Shown: positions 1-14,481, numbered from the stretch's first letter. The stretch is 64,000 nt of DNA from Squalus acanthias (GCA_030390025.1 CM059432.1:95234001-95298000); one strand, 5' to 3'. Numbers and translations: made by a program. The notes: generated by a model from the sequence alone, not told the origin.

Positions 1-214
1 GATTCCGCCTACAGTAACAGTCTGAATATGAATGGCAGAGATCAGTACACTAGCCCTTTGGCCAGGCCTCTTAATGGATCTTACCCCAGCCCTTACACTT
101 CTTACGTTGGACCACAGTTGACTTCGGCTTGGACTGCAGGGTCTTTTGAAAACTCAATGCTGCATAGCTTGCAGAGCAGACCTACAACTATGCCTGTCCG
201 GGGACCCAATGGAG
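1..214 (+). CDS. GATA6: GATA6 coding exon (3' part of the N-terminal activation-domain exon; 5' end outside window)
   Basis: Frame 1 reads DSAYSNSLNMNGRDQYTSPLARPLNGSYPSPYTSYVGPQLTSAWTAGSFENSMLHSLQSR..RGPNG, matching GATA6 (GREQY..ARPLNG.Y..PSPY.PYVG..LT.AW.AG.FE...LHSLQSR); donor G|GTAAGT at 214/215, phase 1. Confidence 0.93.
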
Positions 215-1969
215 GTAAGTCAACCCTCTCAGTGTGTTACTTTTGCATTGTAACCGGCAGTCATTTACGTATCAACTCATATTTGTTCCACCCTCGTGGG
301 CCTGTTTACAGCCTGAAATTGTGTTCTTGTTCTTTGACTTTAAAAATCTTGCAAACTTTGTAGTTTAGCATGTTTCTCTTGCCTGTGAAGCCGATCAGTT
401 CCTATTGCGAATACCTGGCCTCTCATTACATTCTTTGATTTCTCAGGAGCGTTCATAGCTAAGGAATTTCTGCCTCGCGTTTAATAACAATGGAACTAAA
501 GTCTTTCGTTCTGTTATTACTTTAACTCTTGGTGTAGTCTAGTAGAAAAGGTAGGAGTCAGGTGTTCATAATATGTGACTGTAATTTAGCCAGTGTTCTT
601 GGGCAACATATATCATGTAATCAACAGTAAACAGTGGTAGGAACTTACAGGTAAAAGCCACGAAGTCAGCAAGAATCAATGCAGCGGATATAATCAGAAC
701 AAAATGGGAGCTTTATAATTTAAGATTAGTTCACTTATTGTGTATTCGTTCAGTGAAGATGACCTTATTAGCATCTAAAAGCACAAACTATTAAAAGTAT
801 CGAACAATTATAAATTATTAAATATGTCAAACTTTGCTAACATACAAGTATATTCAAGAACAATGTAGAAGATAAAACATTGTTATTAAGGTTGCGGGTA
901 AATCTAAATCATAGACTATCAAAGGTGATGGAACATAAGAAGAAACATCATCAGGTTACATATCCGTAGACATCCAACAATACTGAAATACAGAATTGGG
1001 AAACGTACAGAAACTACAGCAACAGAATTAGTATATTAAACTGAAATGGCGAAGCCACCTGTCAAGCACTTACCACCCAATTGTATGAATTTAGCAGGAT
1101 TGTTTCCTCTTTGATAAATTCACAATGACACATTCTGTCTCACAGCTCTCATTCGAATATATTTGTAACGGAAGATTTTTGCTGATTAACTCTGCAGTAA
1201 CTGTATTTTGTTGGATAAAATGCTGAAATAATAAATCATGCAAAGCTGTATAAAAATGTAACAGTTTGCGAACGCCGTAAATGCATATTCTGGTAAGCAA
1301 AATAAAATAATAATTATAAGAACTTTAGATTTTTACTCAGCGAGGAGCTATATTCTTGTATCAGGTCACCATTGAATTGCCTGTGCAATGACACTTGAGT
1401 CTTCAATCATCCTCAGTGTATCATATCCTGGAATTAATACTGAATTAGACTGCAGTGTCTTTTATATTATTAAACGATTACTTATATTTTGGAAATGTAC
1501 ATGTATTGATCGCCCAGAAACTCAACAGATGCCTACATGGGGTGAAGTAGATTGTATCTGAAACAGTTGCTGACACACACATCTCTATAATACACACACA
1601 TATAACATGTAATTCTGTTTTCTAGTCCACCAAATAGTAGCGAAATAATCCGAAAATTATATTGTAGTTCTGGTTGTGATGTTTTTGGCTTTTAAAAACA
1701 TTTCATTTCTTTACATGATCATGTGAGCTCCTAAAATCAAACGAGGTGGACCTGCAGATCCCCTGTTTTAATTTGCCAAATAATTGTAAAGTGATAATAA
1801 CATCGTACAGTCTCGCTAAACGAAATCCAAAATGCTGTATAATTTATTAGTCATATCCTGGTAAGATCCATCCGCCTTTGACAATGGGAAACAATAAGAT
1901 TTGAAAGGGAAAATGAACTCTCAAGGGGGACACAATTATATTTTATAAAGTAAAAACGTCAGCGGTGTC

Positions 1970-2230
1970 TAACATCGATAATCTTAAAGCAATCGCCAAC
2001 TTATCGGGAATGGCCCTAAAATTCCTCTCTTATTTATTAGTAAAATAACAATGACATTATGTTAAAACGAATAAAAATGCCACCCTTTGCCAAAGATAAC
2101 AGCCAGTAGATAAAGGTACATAAACGTAAGAACTTTGACGTGAGTCAGATAACAATATTCGTCTCATCATTGCCTTTACCTTCATTTGTGCTTTGCTGGG
2201 TTAATGCAATGACCTGGGTGATAATTTCAT
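1970..2230. promoter_or_regulatory. Candidate intronic enhancer with clustered GATA sites
   Basis: GATAA cores at 1976, 2000 (reverse), 2094, 2108, 2147, 2219; overlapping TGACGT/TGAGTCA (2136-2147) and AACAAT (2151). Confidence 0.45.
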
Positions 2231-2610
2231 TGAATTCGTAATTTCCTCATATCTAAATATTAAAGAGCAAGACCAAAGGGATTACATGTTGTCTTTTTTT
2301 TCCTGAGGATAATTTACTAAAAGTAGCAATTTCCTTTTCCTGACCCCTTCATTGGCCAACATTGAAAACTGATCTACTACGACAACTAACCTCTCGAGTT
2401 TGTGTAACCCTTTCTCCCCGAACATATTTTGTTCACGTGTTATTACTTTAATATGAATAGTGATAGTTCCACAACATAAATCGAGGTAAGATAGAAAACT
2501 CAAAATCGTCGGTGTCGTAATTTGCCAAATTGAGAAAGTGACGTTTAGGGTTGGGAATGCCACCGTTTGAAGTAACTTACTTGAAATCAATTTTTTTTTT
2601 CTGATGACGC

Positions 2611-2675
2611 TCCTGTGAAGCGCCTTGGGCATTTGATTAAGTTAAAGGCGCTATTTAAATATAAGTTGTTGTTGT
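2611..2675 (+). mobile_element. L2/DeuSINE-type 3' tail remnant
   Basis: ctgtgaagcgccttggg...aaaggcgctatttaaatataagttgttgttg; same tail as the L2 copy at 25.8 kb. Confidence 0.6.
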
Positions 2676-4654
2676 AATAAGCACGCTTTAGTGGTCAAAG
2701 GAACATATTTCAGCTTTGAATCCTGTTGCCAATTTTTAAAATCATTTTCGTTGAGCTCATAATGATTTTGCATTTAAGATGCGGTACTTTTTAAAATCAA
2801 AAGTCCACCGATCCGATGTCAAAAATCAAGTAACCTGCGCTCAATAAGGTCCTGGATAACATGTCGCTGTAAGAAAATATAAATAATTCTTCAAAAAATG
2901 ACAATGGGTAGAACGAAATTATGTCAGAATCCTGGCCAGTGATCAATTGTACATTTTTGGCATTGTAATATCGACCTCCGAGGCCAAGGGAATGGCATGA
3001 TGAAGATTGTGAGTGATGCAAAGGGTTGAGGTGCTTTTATGGAAGGCCTGTTATTATTTTACGCCATTTAGCGAAAACTTGGAGAGTACGGACCTGTAAC
3101 GATTTTAAAACAGGCCTGCTGCTCAGGTCAAACCGCAAATCCGAGAATAAAGTTTAATTTCTTCCACACGCCCCTTTTAGTGGCATTAGTCATTCTTATC
3201 TTGTCTGACCAGATTTTAATGGGTAAAATGACTTCAATAAGGCAATGACATAGCGGTTTGCAGTAAAGACAAATCTTTATCATCAATCGCAGTGATTAAA
3301 TATGAACTCAGAAGTGATAGGTTTAAACATTTGCAAAGATCTAGCGCTTTTGTTGATCAGATAGATACTCTTTTGATATTCTGCAGTGGATTTCCAAGTG
3401 CGCAGGCTTGTCCCTGTGGTCGGTATTTTGGAAACACACTGCATTCACTGTACAGATTATTGTTTAGGCCCCGTTTCTGATTATGTTAATAGCTTTGGCC
3501 ACGGCCCCCTTCTGTTTGAACAGAGTCATAGGAGAAAACTAGCTGATGCCGGATATATATATATATATATATAAACCAAAAATCTGTTCGGGACACAAAT
3601 CGGACTCTCAGCTGAATCCGAATCAAGCAAAATAAATATCATTCTCTACTTGTTCAAACAGTCCACAATTGAAAATGTTCAATAGAATAGTAATTAGGTT
3701 GGCAATCTTACTTTCAGAAGTTACCTGTTGCCATTCATTTTAAAGTTCAAACTTCTTATTTAAACGAATCTTAATTTTTTTCGCAGACCAAACGAAACTT
3801 CGCGAAAATCCAGTTTAATCTGTGACTGGCCGTGGTTAGATCAGCTAAATGAACAAAAATGACAGCTCTTTTCTGAAGTTTCAATCTGTAAAGTGTTGTA
3901 CAGTAGCGGTAACATCCCGCGATAGTCTTTGGCCATTTTTACATCATACCACATTGTATGATTACATGATTGATTCTAAACGGAATCCTTCGGGGCTAAC
4001 TGTTTACAAGTTCCTATTATAGATCGAGGAGCACGTTATGTTACAAAAAGTGATGAACACTGTATTCAATCATACTTTTAAAGCATGCGAACACAATATG
4101 TCTCAAATTAGCAAAATTCTCTCCAATGCAGTATTTTTGGATGAATTGTGTGTAATTTCAAGAGATGGAGGTACAAGATGTGACCTAGTTTACTCCCATT
4201 CGAAATTAACTAATTATGAACACCATCAATATAGTAATAATTGAACACTTTGGAATGACAATGATTTTTCACCGTGGGCTGCGGGTCTTTGTGTAGCGAC
4301 ATGGAAAGTGGCTTCATAAAGGTTTCGTCCGGTTGGGTTTTTTTTTAGCGAAAGCGGAAACATCTTTCTTCCCAGGCTTTCCTAGAGTTGTGACTTGCTG
4401 GATGGAGCCAGTTTAAAAAAAAAATCGGAGAAACTGCAACCAATCATACTCTACAAAATGTGATCCAAAATGTGTTTATGCCACATATTTTGCCGTTGGA
4501 ACATGAATTCCGTCGAAAAGTCAAATAACACTAACAGCTCTCTAAAATCACTATTACAACACAAGTGACAAACTCTCCATTTTCTGGTCGCGTATTTGAA
4601 TATTGAATTAATAATGCATTCTAAAAACAATATTTCATCGTTTGATTGGAATAA

Positions 4655-4760
4655 TGTGGCTTTTCTGTGCAGTGTGGCAGGCTGATGCTGCCTGGCCTGC
4701 TGAGTATTTCAAGCATTTTCCGTCTTTATTTCAGTTTTTCGGCATCCGCAGTGTTTCGCC
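4655..4760 (+). mobile_element. Penelope terminal-repeat remnant
   Basis: gatgctgcctggcctgctgagtatttc..gcattttc..tttatttcag..gcatccgcagt; same repeat as the tail of the GIY-YIG fragment at 57.1 kb. Confidence 0.65.
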
Positions 4761-5967
4761 GGTTGTATTTAGCAGACTGTCGCTTTTAATTGCAACAATC
4801 TTCACTATTTTGTCACATACAGCCGAGACGGCTCGAATAACCGCTTCAATGTAAACTCGCACCATTTGCCAATGCATCGAGACGTTAATTTACTAGTTCA
4901 CTTTGGAGATACATTTTCGTCGTTACATCTCTTGTTAGTTACAGGAGCAGGGTAAATGTAGGAACGATGGTGCTAAATCAATTAACTTTTAAAACAACCC
5001 GCAAAGTAAGCCGTTCTGCTGTGGAAACACCGGAACTTGTTTGCAGACAGCGTTTATGCAGCAACTGCTGCGATATATATATATATATAAAAAGGGTTAA
5101 TTCCCTCCTTTCGCTGCTTTGATGTTTGTTGTTGCAGTGATCAATCCGGGAGACATGTCTGAAGTAATTCTTTGTAGTGTAGACTTGCAGGTTACATCTA
5201 AATCCTCCCAACATTTTTGCAGCGCCGACTTTCCACACACAGCAAGATTGACGCCTCTCCCCGTGTCTCGATCGGTCAACCTCGAGAGAAAAAAGTTAAG
5301 AATTTGAAGGAAGCAAAAAAGGCGAAATATTTTATCACAATTTTGAAATGTACGGATAATTAGCAAGTGACTATAAAGGCACAGTATTATTAGGAACCAC
5401 ACTCTCGTTTTAAAAAAGGTTACTTGGTTTATGAATCCCAGGAGGATTCCCTGTTGCATTCATCATTATTAACTAGGACAATTATAGGAAGGTGCAGCCG
5501 TCTTATTTGATGGCATTATGGCGCGATTGATTTATAGCCCGAGGCTGTGGGTCGTGCGCGGAAAAACGCGCGTATTCCTTCATTTGAAAACCAGACAAGA
5601 GTAAACAACCAGACAAGAGGCGACCCAGGTGTGGTTTTCCAACAGAATTGGACGGAACAGGAGGGTGTGAAATGAAGGGGGCGCCGCTAATGCTTTATCT
5701 CATTTCCTACAGAGCGGGATTTTATTAAATTGGTATATAAGATACTGACCATCTGAAGGATTGCAATTCTCTTACATTTACAACATGTTAGAAATCCAGG
5801 GCAGGCCCGCCAGCATCTGAGAAGGGAACAGACAGGTTAACGGCTCAGATGTAACCCTTGGTCAGAATCCATATATTTACACCGTATATACAAAGAGGAA
5901 ACAGTGAAACTCATTTCTGCAAATGTAGCGATCTCTGTTACCTCAAAAGGCTGCACAGAATATATTT

Positions 5968-6075
5968 TAGAAACATAGAAACTAGGAGCAGGAGTAGGCC
6001 ATTCGGCCCGTCGAGCCTGCTCCACCATTCAATACGATCATGGCTGATCATCCAAACTCAGTACCCTGTCCCTGC
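5968..6075 (-). mobile_element. CR1 LINE 3' tail fragment
   Basis: tagaaacatagaaa..aggagcaggagtaggccattcggccc..gagcctgctccaccattcaat, the reverse complement of the CR1 3' end at 51.97-52.05 kb. Confidence 0.8.
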
Positions 6076-6089
6076 TTTCTCACACAGAA

Positions 6090-6438
6090 TCCCCACAGTA
6101 CAGATAGAGGCCATCTCGGCCCATCGAGCCTGCACCGACACATATCCCACCCTATCCCCGTAACCCCACATATTTAATTCCCCCCTAACATATCCCATCC
6201 TATCCCCGTAACCCCACGTATTTAATTCCCCCCTAACACTAAGGGTCAATTTATCATAGCCAAATCAACCTAACCCGCACATTTTTTTTGGACTGTGGGA
6301 GGAAACCGGAGCACCCGGAGGAAACCCACGCAGACACAGGGAGAATGTGCAAACTCCACACAGACAGTTACCCGAGGCCAGATTCGAACCCTGGTCCCTG
6401 GCGCTGTGAGGCACCAGTGCTAACCACTATGCCACCGT
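6090..6438 (-). mobile_element. tRNA-derived V-SINE (HE1-like)
   Basis: Minus strand: tRNA head with A box (tggcatagtgg) and B box (ggttcgaatc), V-domain gtggagtttgcacattctcc..gtgggtttcctccgggtgctccggtttcctcccac; ~49-bp internal tandem duplication at ~6140-6238. Confidence 0.88.
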
Positions 6439-6573
6439 GTTGAAAATAGAAACCTTGCAACGAGTGCGAACGATGCTCTGCTACTGAACAAAATGGTTAC
6501 GCTATAGGTTTGTAACAGAACAATCTGTGGTGTCCAGTCCTCGCTCTTTGATGTTTCCAACTGGTAGTCTATG

Positions 6574-6683
6574 AAATAAAGACAGACAATGCTGGAAACA
6601 CTCAGCAGGTCAGGCAGCATCCGTGCAGAGGGAAAATCTATTCTTTTATTTCAGATTCCCAGCATCCACAGTATTTTGCTTTT
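6574..6683. mobile_element. Old Penelope inverted terminal-repeat mini-insertion
   Basis: Two oppositely oriented pieces of the Penelope terminal repeat, flanked by the imperfect direct repeat ctggtagtctatg / ctagtagtctgtg. Confidence 0.7.
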
Positions 6684-8440
6684 CTAGTAGTCTGTGTATA
6701 TAGATGTACATTATGGGACTTCATTATTGGATCATTTTCCATTCTTAACTTTTCTTTTCGTCCCTAATTATTTATGCAAATATATTTTCTCGAATATATG
6801 TTATATATTTAAAAAACTAGCGAGGAAACGAACCACTAATTTGCAACGGACAAAAAGTTAAAAATAAGCAACATGTTTTATGCTCTCTTGGGATACTTTT
6901 TTGGTACTGGATTTTTTTTATTTTACAAAAAATTATGGGCGCATATGTTTTCCACAAAAAGGGACAAATACCTCAACAAGAATGAGATGAATTTTAGGTT
7001 TACAAAGGAGAGGTATTCTTCAGTCTAGCCACTATCCTTAACCACCTTATTTGGGGCTGGGTGTTTATCCAACTTCGAAAGCTTCACTGTAGTATACATT
7101 TAGCGAAACACTTAACTTTGTGTATCCGTCTAATATATCAGACATAGCTCACAGCCCATCACACTGATTCTAGTGACTGCATTGATGAACATAAAGGAAG
7201 TTTTTAGTCAGGATTGAACCGCTGGTTTTCACTACAATCCATGGGGTAATACCGGAAGAACAAATTGATAACGAATTATGAGTAGCCACTAAAATAACAA
7301 GAAATTGGCCTATTTGCTTAAAATGATTCGGGTAAACCGAGGACAATAAACAGCAGAATGGGTCAATCAGGTAGAGAGAGCATGTAATATGTATCTATTT
7401 GGCGTTATTTATTCTAAACATGCGTATATTTTGCGAGCTGCTCAGTAGATCTGTCTGCAGTTATATCTCGCCTAGATGTCAAGCGTTTTCTTAGAGTGGG
7501 CAGGGTGGCAAAAATAGCAGCATAAGAGTGGAGTGGGATATTCCTCAGCTCACCAGAGCAGGAGTTGAGAGATCACCGCCAGTATGCAGCCTCAAACTGT
7601 TTGGACTTGGCACTCACTAGGTGCGGTATAACTCCAGGCAGGTGGGAGGCCACGTTTTAAAGCAATGTCCAAGCGGTCTTTTTCAGTAAGCATGGCATTC
7701 ATTAGGGAAATCTAAGATATCAATCCCCCTGCAATCATGCTATCGGATACTTACAGTGGTTTCCTCAGCTATTTTACTGGAGAAAAGAATCCATTCATTT
7801 TAAGGGAGCTATCACCGCCACTAGAACAGTGGAGTGAGGAACTTCAGGCGAATGTGTTCAGTATCTATTATGTGTTTGTGAATGAACATAACTTTAACCC
7901 TAGAACAAGATTATTTCTGTTCCCCTAAACAGGGAATCGTTTTCGGTAACCGCTACGGCAAATCCACCCTTCATTCTTCAGTGACCAGGTCACTTCCTTA
8001 AAAAAAAACACATTTTCACCTAAGTTCCTCTGACTTCTTGGGAAGGATCCTGATACATTGAGATAACTAACAAATATACTAAAAATAAAATTAGTGTTGA
8101 ACGTATTAGACATCAAAATATCAATTCTATTTTTCTTTAAACGGAGAGCAAATATAAACCAGCTAGTTTTCACTTTTTAAATATTTTAAATTTAAATCTT
8201 ATACAAAATATATACGAGACAAATAACAAGAAATACAAATACAGCACAGCTTTCAATTTATTGTAATAACCTTTTTACCGATCATTCAAAACGCTACCTT
8301 CACAAGATCTAGTAAACTGTGAGGAGGGCATGGATATTGATTCATTAGAGCCTTACTGTACAATTTTTGGTAGAATATTTGTGTGTGGTTAATTATTTCA
8401 ATAACTTGGATTTATTTCTTTTTGTGTGTGTGGATGGCAG

Positions 8441-8607
8441 AGCTGTTGGACGAGCTGTCCGAAGCCCGGGAGTGTGTCAACTGTGGCTCCATGTCCACTC
8501 CCCTGTGGCGGCGTGACGGCACCGGCCATTACCTATGCAACGCCTGCGGTTTATACCATAAGATGAACGGACTCAGCCGACCTCTTATCAAACCTCAGAA
8601 GAGAATG
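8441..8607 (+). CDS. GATA6: GATA6 exon, N-terminal zinc finger
   Basis: Acceptor CAG at 8438-8440; (E)[55 protein letters not shown]; donor GTAAGC at 8608; phase fits the previous exon. Confidence 0.97.
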
Positions 8608-10683
8608 GTAAGCGGCTTATGTAACCCCGCCAGTCCAATCCAGATACAGCAGGTACTACTGATAAGTATGCATGATAACTTGATTCTGCAAGGCAACAAT
8701 ACTTCCAAGATTATGGTGGAAGGGTTAAGTAACTGTTAATCAGAAAAAAATGCATGTTTCCCCTCCAGCCTTTGGGATTTGTCCTCTAATTGCACATTAG
8801 ACTGTCTAATGATCCACCCAGTAATTTCACCCGATTATTTAAAAGGCTGTTGTGATTGTAAAGCATTTACTATTATTACTCAACCTCATAAACACAACCC
8901 AGCCTAGACATTTATTTATCAATTAGGGCTTCTTCTATAACATAGGTTTTTCCCGTGAATATGTAGTTATAAGCCCAGTATTTATTACTAAATCCATCAT
9001 TATTAGTATTAAAACATGCTTTAGTAATACTAATAAGTAAGCCGAAATGTATGAACTGTATTAACCCAATTCTATGTTTTCTATTGCTTGCTTTTTTCAT
9101 GTTGATGTTTTCTAAAATTCCAGTTTGTTCACATAAAGGCGCAGGAATATCGTTTTAGGGTCTAGATTATTCCCTATGTGGATAAAAGGGGAAAACTGCA
9201 AAAGCTGTAAATCTAAAATAAAAACAAAACTTGCTGGAAATACACAACAGGGCTGTCAGTATTTGTGAAACTTATCTTGTTAATCAGAACAGAATTGAAT
9301 GTAGGTCCTCGCTCTCCAATCAGCTAGTCCAACCAGCCTTCGACAACCCAAATACTCTTTTTACTTGAAATCGAATTAATTTCTTTTAAACCAGAAAGAA
9401 CCAAAGGTAGAGAGATGTGATTTGCACAGTAGGAGTCCTGAATGCGTTTATGCAGATTTTTCTGCTGCTATTAAGTGTGTCTACCACATGTGACATAAAT
9501 TTGTTAACATTCGCGTGCGAGGTACTGTACAGAGCGAGTGTAGTGTTAAATATATCAACGGGCAGAAGATAAAACAATACTATTGTGGATCTGGCAAGTA
9601 CAAACAAAGACGCCAAGTTTTTATCTGATCATCACCTTTATTGCATCTATTCTCCAACCTCGTTAACAGCGTTAAACTTTTTAAAGAGTGTTGATTAGTT
9701 TCTCTAATCACTGGTCTTTCCTCGACTGATGGTCCCCTTTTTAAAGGGGGACTCATTCAACTGTTGTGTTAAAAAAGCAACGTTAAAGTCTTTTTTTTAA
9801 TCTGTGGGAGGACTATTAGCACCCTCAGCCACTTAATTTAATGAGGCAAATGGACACGGTGGGGTTGAGGTAAAGCGACAGGGAATACTCTTGTGCTTGA
9901 ATTAATAAGGGACGACAACCTCTGTTAAGACCAAAAAAGGGGCAAGAAACAACAGGGAGTGAGTGGGCACTGGTCACTTTCCATGATTAGGGTCAGGGTC
10001 TGCAATGGGAGTCCGGGGTGCCTTTCGCTCCCATATACTACCACAACACGATGGCATTTTAATTCACAGTCTGGATCTAAAGGGCAACGCGTCAATAATT
10101 AAAACAAAGTAATAACAATTTAAAATGTTGAAACTTTACCTACAATTAAGACCCACCCCATTCTTCGTAAGTGAACTTTGAACTTCCACCGAGACTCTGT
10201 TAAACTATGGATTTTCCAGGTAATGATGCACTTGATATGACGCAATTCAGAAGGGGGGGGGGGGGGGAACGAAGGCGTGACCCTGGAACTCAGGAGTTTA
10301 ATAATTTACTACAATCTACTGCCAGCAAATCGAAATAAAAGATACCTGGGCTCCAATTGCAAACTGTAAATGTATGAAATATTCCAGCCTCCCTGGCTGC
10401 TAAAGGGTGAGATTATTGGTCCACTTGGGCACTAATCTTTTAATCTGCTCTCATTAGATTGAATGATATCCAAATTGATATTTGTAAGGTTTCAAAAACC
10501 ACCGTTAACCATGACCGTTAATGCTCCGCACCAGTCATCTGGCCTCTCATTACATTTATTTACTTACATTTCCCCATCAGATGGAGTCACTGGGCGGGGA
10601 GATTTATGGCAGTTGGGTATTTTAACAAGAAGGCCACTAAAAACAGGAAATAACAAGCAAGGTATCCAAGTAAAAGGAATAAA

Positions 10684-11085
10684 AGAAAAAAGAAAGACTT
10701 GCATTTATATAGCGCCTTTCACAACCTCGTTCCAAAGTGCTTTACAGCCAATGAAGTACTTTTTGAAGTGTAGTCACTGTTGTAATGTAGGAAACGCGGC
10801 AGCTAATTTGTGCACAGCAAGCTCCCACAAACGGCAATGTGATAATGATCAGATAATCTATTTTAGTGATGTGGATTGAGGGATAAATATTGGCCAGGAC
10901 AACGGGGATAACTCCTCTGCTCTTCTTTGAAATAATGCCATGGGATCTTTTACGTCCAGCTGAGAGAGCAGACAAAGCCTCAGTTTAATGTCTCATCCAA
11001 AAGACGGCACCTCTGACAGTGCAGCACTCCCTCAGCACTGCACTGGAGTGTCAGCCTAGATTTTTGTGCTCAAATCTCTGGAGTG
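10684..11085 (-). mobile_element. DeuSINE (SacSINE1-like)
   Basis: aagacttgcatttatatagcgcc tail, gcacagcaagctcccacaaac and tttaatgtctcatccaaaagacggcacc core; a second copy lies at 55.5-56.4 kb. Confidence 0.8.
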
Positions 11086-13009
11086 GGATACTTACACCAT
11101 CTATTTAATGTCGCTTAATCTGCTGAAATGTATATTGTATTGTTCTTTCTAACTCCTGCAAATATTGCTCAGTAAGATTAAACTATACCTGGATGCCTTT
11201 GTTGTATATACCCTACATAGGCTATTCTGATGTTGTATAAAGTAACCTGCATGTTCTTTACCCTCACCTCTAAATATTTCATCCTTTCTACAGCATATAC
11301 TGTGGAATTAATTTTTATTTACATAGGCTTTACTTTTCCAGTGCCAGTACTATCTGTAGGTACTCATCTTATACTGTCGGCTGCAGTTCTATAGCAGTAC
11401 CTTTAGAGCAGTATGAGCTGGCAGCACTAAATTAGGGTATTGTTATGCAGTACCACGGAAAATTATCTCGGGCCAGCATCTGTAGTGTGCAATGTGAGTT
11501 TGTCACATTCAATTTACACTCCGGCCATGCCTCAAATTGAGGTCAGCGATAAAGGGACATGGTTTACAAGCAGACGTGCAGTGATCTGCTCTCGGATAAG
11601 ATGTGTACCTGCATATAGTCTTGCTACAGGAAAATATGACCATTGTGAACAAAACCTAATTGCAGGGCATGGGCTTTTTTTCACATTGGTTTTGCGCTGG
11701 ACTGCTCCCAAATCCAAGATGTGTGAGGCTATCGAGATGGTCTCATGCCTCTTTGCTGAGCGAGCTTGGGAGTCAGATTGAAAATACTTCATATTGTTTT
11801 TGCAGTGGTAGTATAATAGCATCGCTCTACCGCTGACTTCAAACCACCCTCAAATCGGGGGAAACACGAAATTCAGCATGTGTTCTGAAACACATTGAAA
11901 GTGTTCGACTAACAGCTATCTGAATGTCAATTACATTTTTAATGTTAGTGGACAGCTTTCTGTCCTGTTGATGGTTTATTAACTTTAAAAGGCTCAGAAA
12001 TTGCTGGAGTGATGCATCTTGGGTCAAGCGCCATGAATTGGATTTTTACCTCACCCTTCAGATCGTATTATTTTTGCGCCACAAATTGTTGGAAATGCAA
12101 ATTGATAAAAGTGCGGCGACATCAACAGGGCACCTTGAGAACGTCGGGTCCAATGGTCTATCTCCTTAACCAATGAAATTTAAGGATAGAGAAAGAAACA
12201 GAGCGAATGACAGACAAGGAATAGGGTAAATTAGAGTCAAATTAGATACAGAAAGAGAAATAAAGAAAGGGAAAGAAAGATTAGATTAAGAGAGAGAGAG
12301 TAAAAAGAGACAGAAAGGAAAAGTAAGATAAAAAATATAAAATTGACATTTAAAAATCTAGGAACAAACTTGTGGGAGTGATACAATTTCATTGTTCCCT
12401 TTCTGGGCCTCCAAGGTGGAGTGGCATGTCAAGACCATAAATCATGTAATTAACAGGATCCTTATGACATGAATTACCAGCCCTAAATGTCTGTGGCGAG
12501 ATTCATTCATATTTACGGCGCAAATCTAGCAATTTCATGACACACTATGGGGAGGCTCACAGCGAGATGGTCATTTTTTTGGTTTTGGCAAGGCTAATGG
12601 CAGAATGGTGCAAATTGTCCAGTAATTTGTAGTGAATCAGAACTCATGGCTTATCTCTTCTTCACCACTAATTGCTGGGTTATTTTCCGCACAAATAAAT
12701 GCATGTGCTGTGAACGTGCCATAATTTTTTCATCAATTTCTGGGTCATTAAAACATAAATGTGGTCTATTCAGCCACCTGGAAGCTATTTAAACTTACAC
12801 TTTAAAGTATAATATGCTTGTATGCCTGTTGGTTGGGTTTTACTGTAGCCGGTGTGATGGTGAAATGGGGTGAGACTGCTTGTTGGAGGGGGCCTCACAC
12901 CTGCAGCCAAAGCCTGAACTCAAACCAACTTGGCTATGTTGGACATTCTATATTGCTGCAATGCCAAAACAGTACAACTGCTCTATAATACAAATTACAA
13001 TTACTAAAA

Positions 13010-13427
13010 AACTTTTAAAAATTGTAATTTTTATCATAATGGAGAAATTTTGACAGTCTACAATATCAAAATTAGCTTTTCAGGGCCAGAACATTTGTTT
13101 ACCAGTCAATACGCTGTTAAAACCCAGTTACACCTATTCCAACAAGGCTTAACCTTTAATGGGGTATTTAACAGCGATATTACCACAGAAAAGCCCAAGT
13201 TTTCATCAGTTTCCCTGACTTCACAGATTACACTGATTGCCGGCTATGTGTGGGGGTGGGGGGTCTACAGCATAGCCAGTATAGGAGCAGTGAATGACTG
13301 ACCACAACTTCAGGATTTCCGCGATTAGATACGCATGCGCTAAATCCTGAAGTTGCGGTCACTTTCAGAGGTTAATGACGGTGAATGCTGGTAGTTCATC
13401 GTGATTACCCACCGCAAATTCCGGGCC
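13010..13427. mobile_element. Right half of a Harbinger-type MITE (same family as 27417-34120)
   Basis: Colinear similarity to 33740-34120, ending in the same TIR ccgcaaattccgggcc. Confidence 0.8.
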
Positions 13428-13792
13428 AGTGGAGGGAATAGAAACAAACCCTGTGTGTAACTTGTCTATGGTTTGTTGTCAACCTCAGTAGTGGAATAAA
13501 AAACTTATAAAATATTTCCACATGTAGCGTTTATTAAGTTAGTGTTGCACAATGTATAAATAACATTTAGAAATGGTTGCATCAGCTTGATTATTACCCC
13601 GCCCCCTTATTCTGGAGGTACATAAACTGTCTAAATATGAAATAATTTCTAAGTTTTGGCCCTGCTTCACCAGATTAAATTTTGCAGCCAATTTCTGAGC
13701 AATTTTGAAGTCCAATGTGATGGTATTAACTATAAGCAATTATAACTATATTGTGATTATAACCTTCAATTATTTGTGCATCATGATTATAA

Positions 13793-14047
<255 letters not shown>

Positions 14048-14481
14048 TAAGATTTTGCTGTTCATCAGTGGATGTGTAAACTGTATAATGATTGAGTCTC
14101 ATCAGTTGAAAACACAAATAAACTGATTTGTTTTGAAATTGGTAACTGTATACCTCACATACTAATAGCATCAAGAGAAAAAGAAAATCTTTTACACTGA
14201 CTTGTTTGGCTCCTGTTAAGACATGCATGCTTTAGATTCTATTATTTTGTATCTATTGCACCTAATTGTTGAAAAAACACAGGTAATATTCCATTATATG
14301 TAACAATGAAATGTAGTTATTTTATTAACATAAAACTATATAATCATTTAAACATTATACATTTCACAGTCTGCTAAAATGAAAAATTTTCAGTTTAAAA
14401 TGGTTGATTATGTTATTTCTTAGTTGGTCATTACATAATCAGTTGCAGTTTTTAAAAACATATTTTCATTCATACCAATAG

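Noticed and set aside
3553..3573. (TA)n tracts here and at ~5073-5088, and the poly-G run at ~10253-10267
   Set aside because: Ordinary microsatellites and homopolymers.
6360..6438. tRNA gene on the - strand
   Set aside because: It is the tRNA-derived head of a V-SINE, continuous with the V-domain.
215..8440. Short ORFs of 60-120 aa in the GATA6 intron
   Set aside because: No motifs or coherent splice structure; lengths are compatible with chance.
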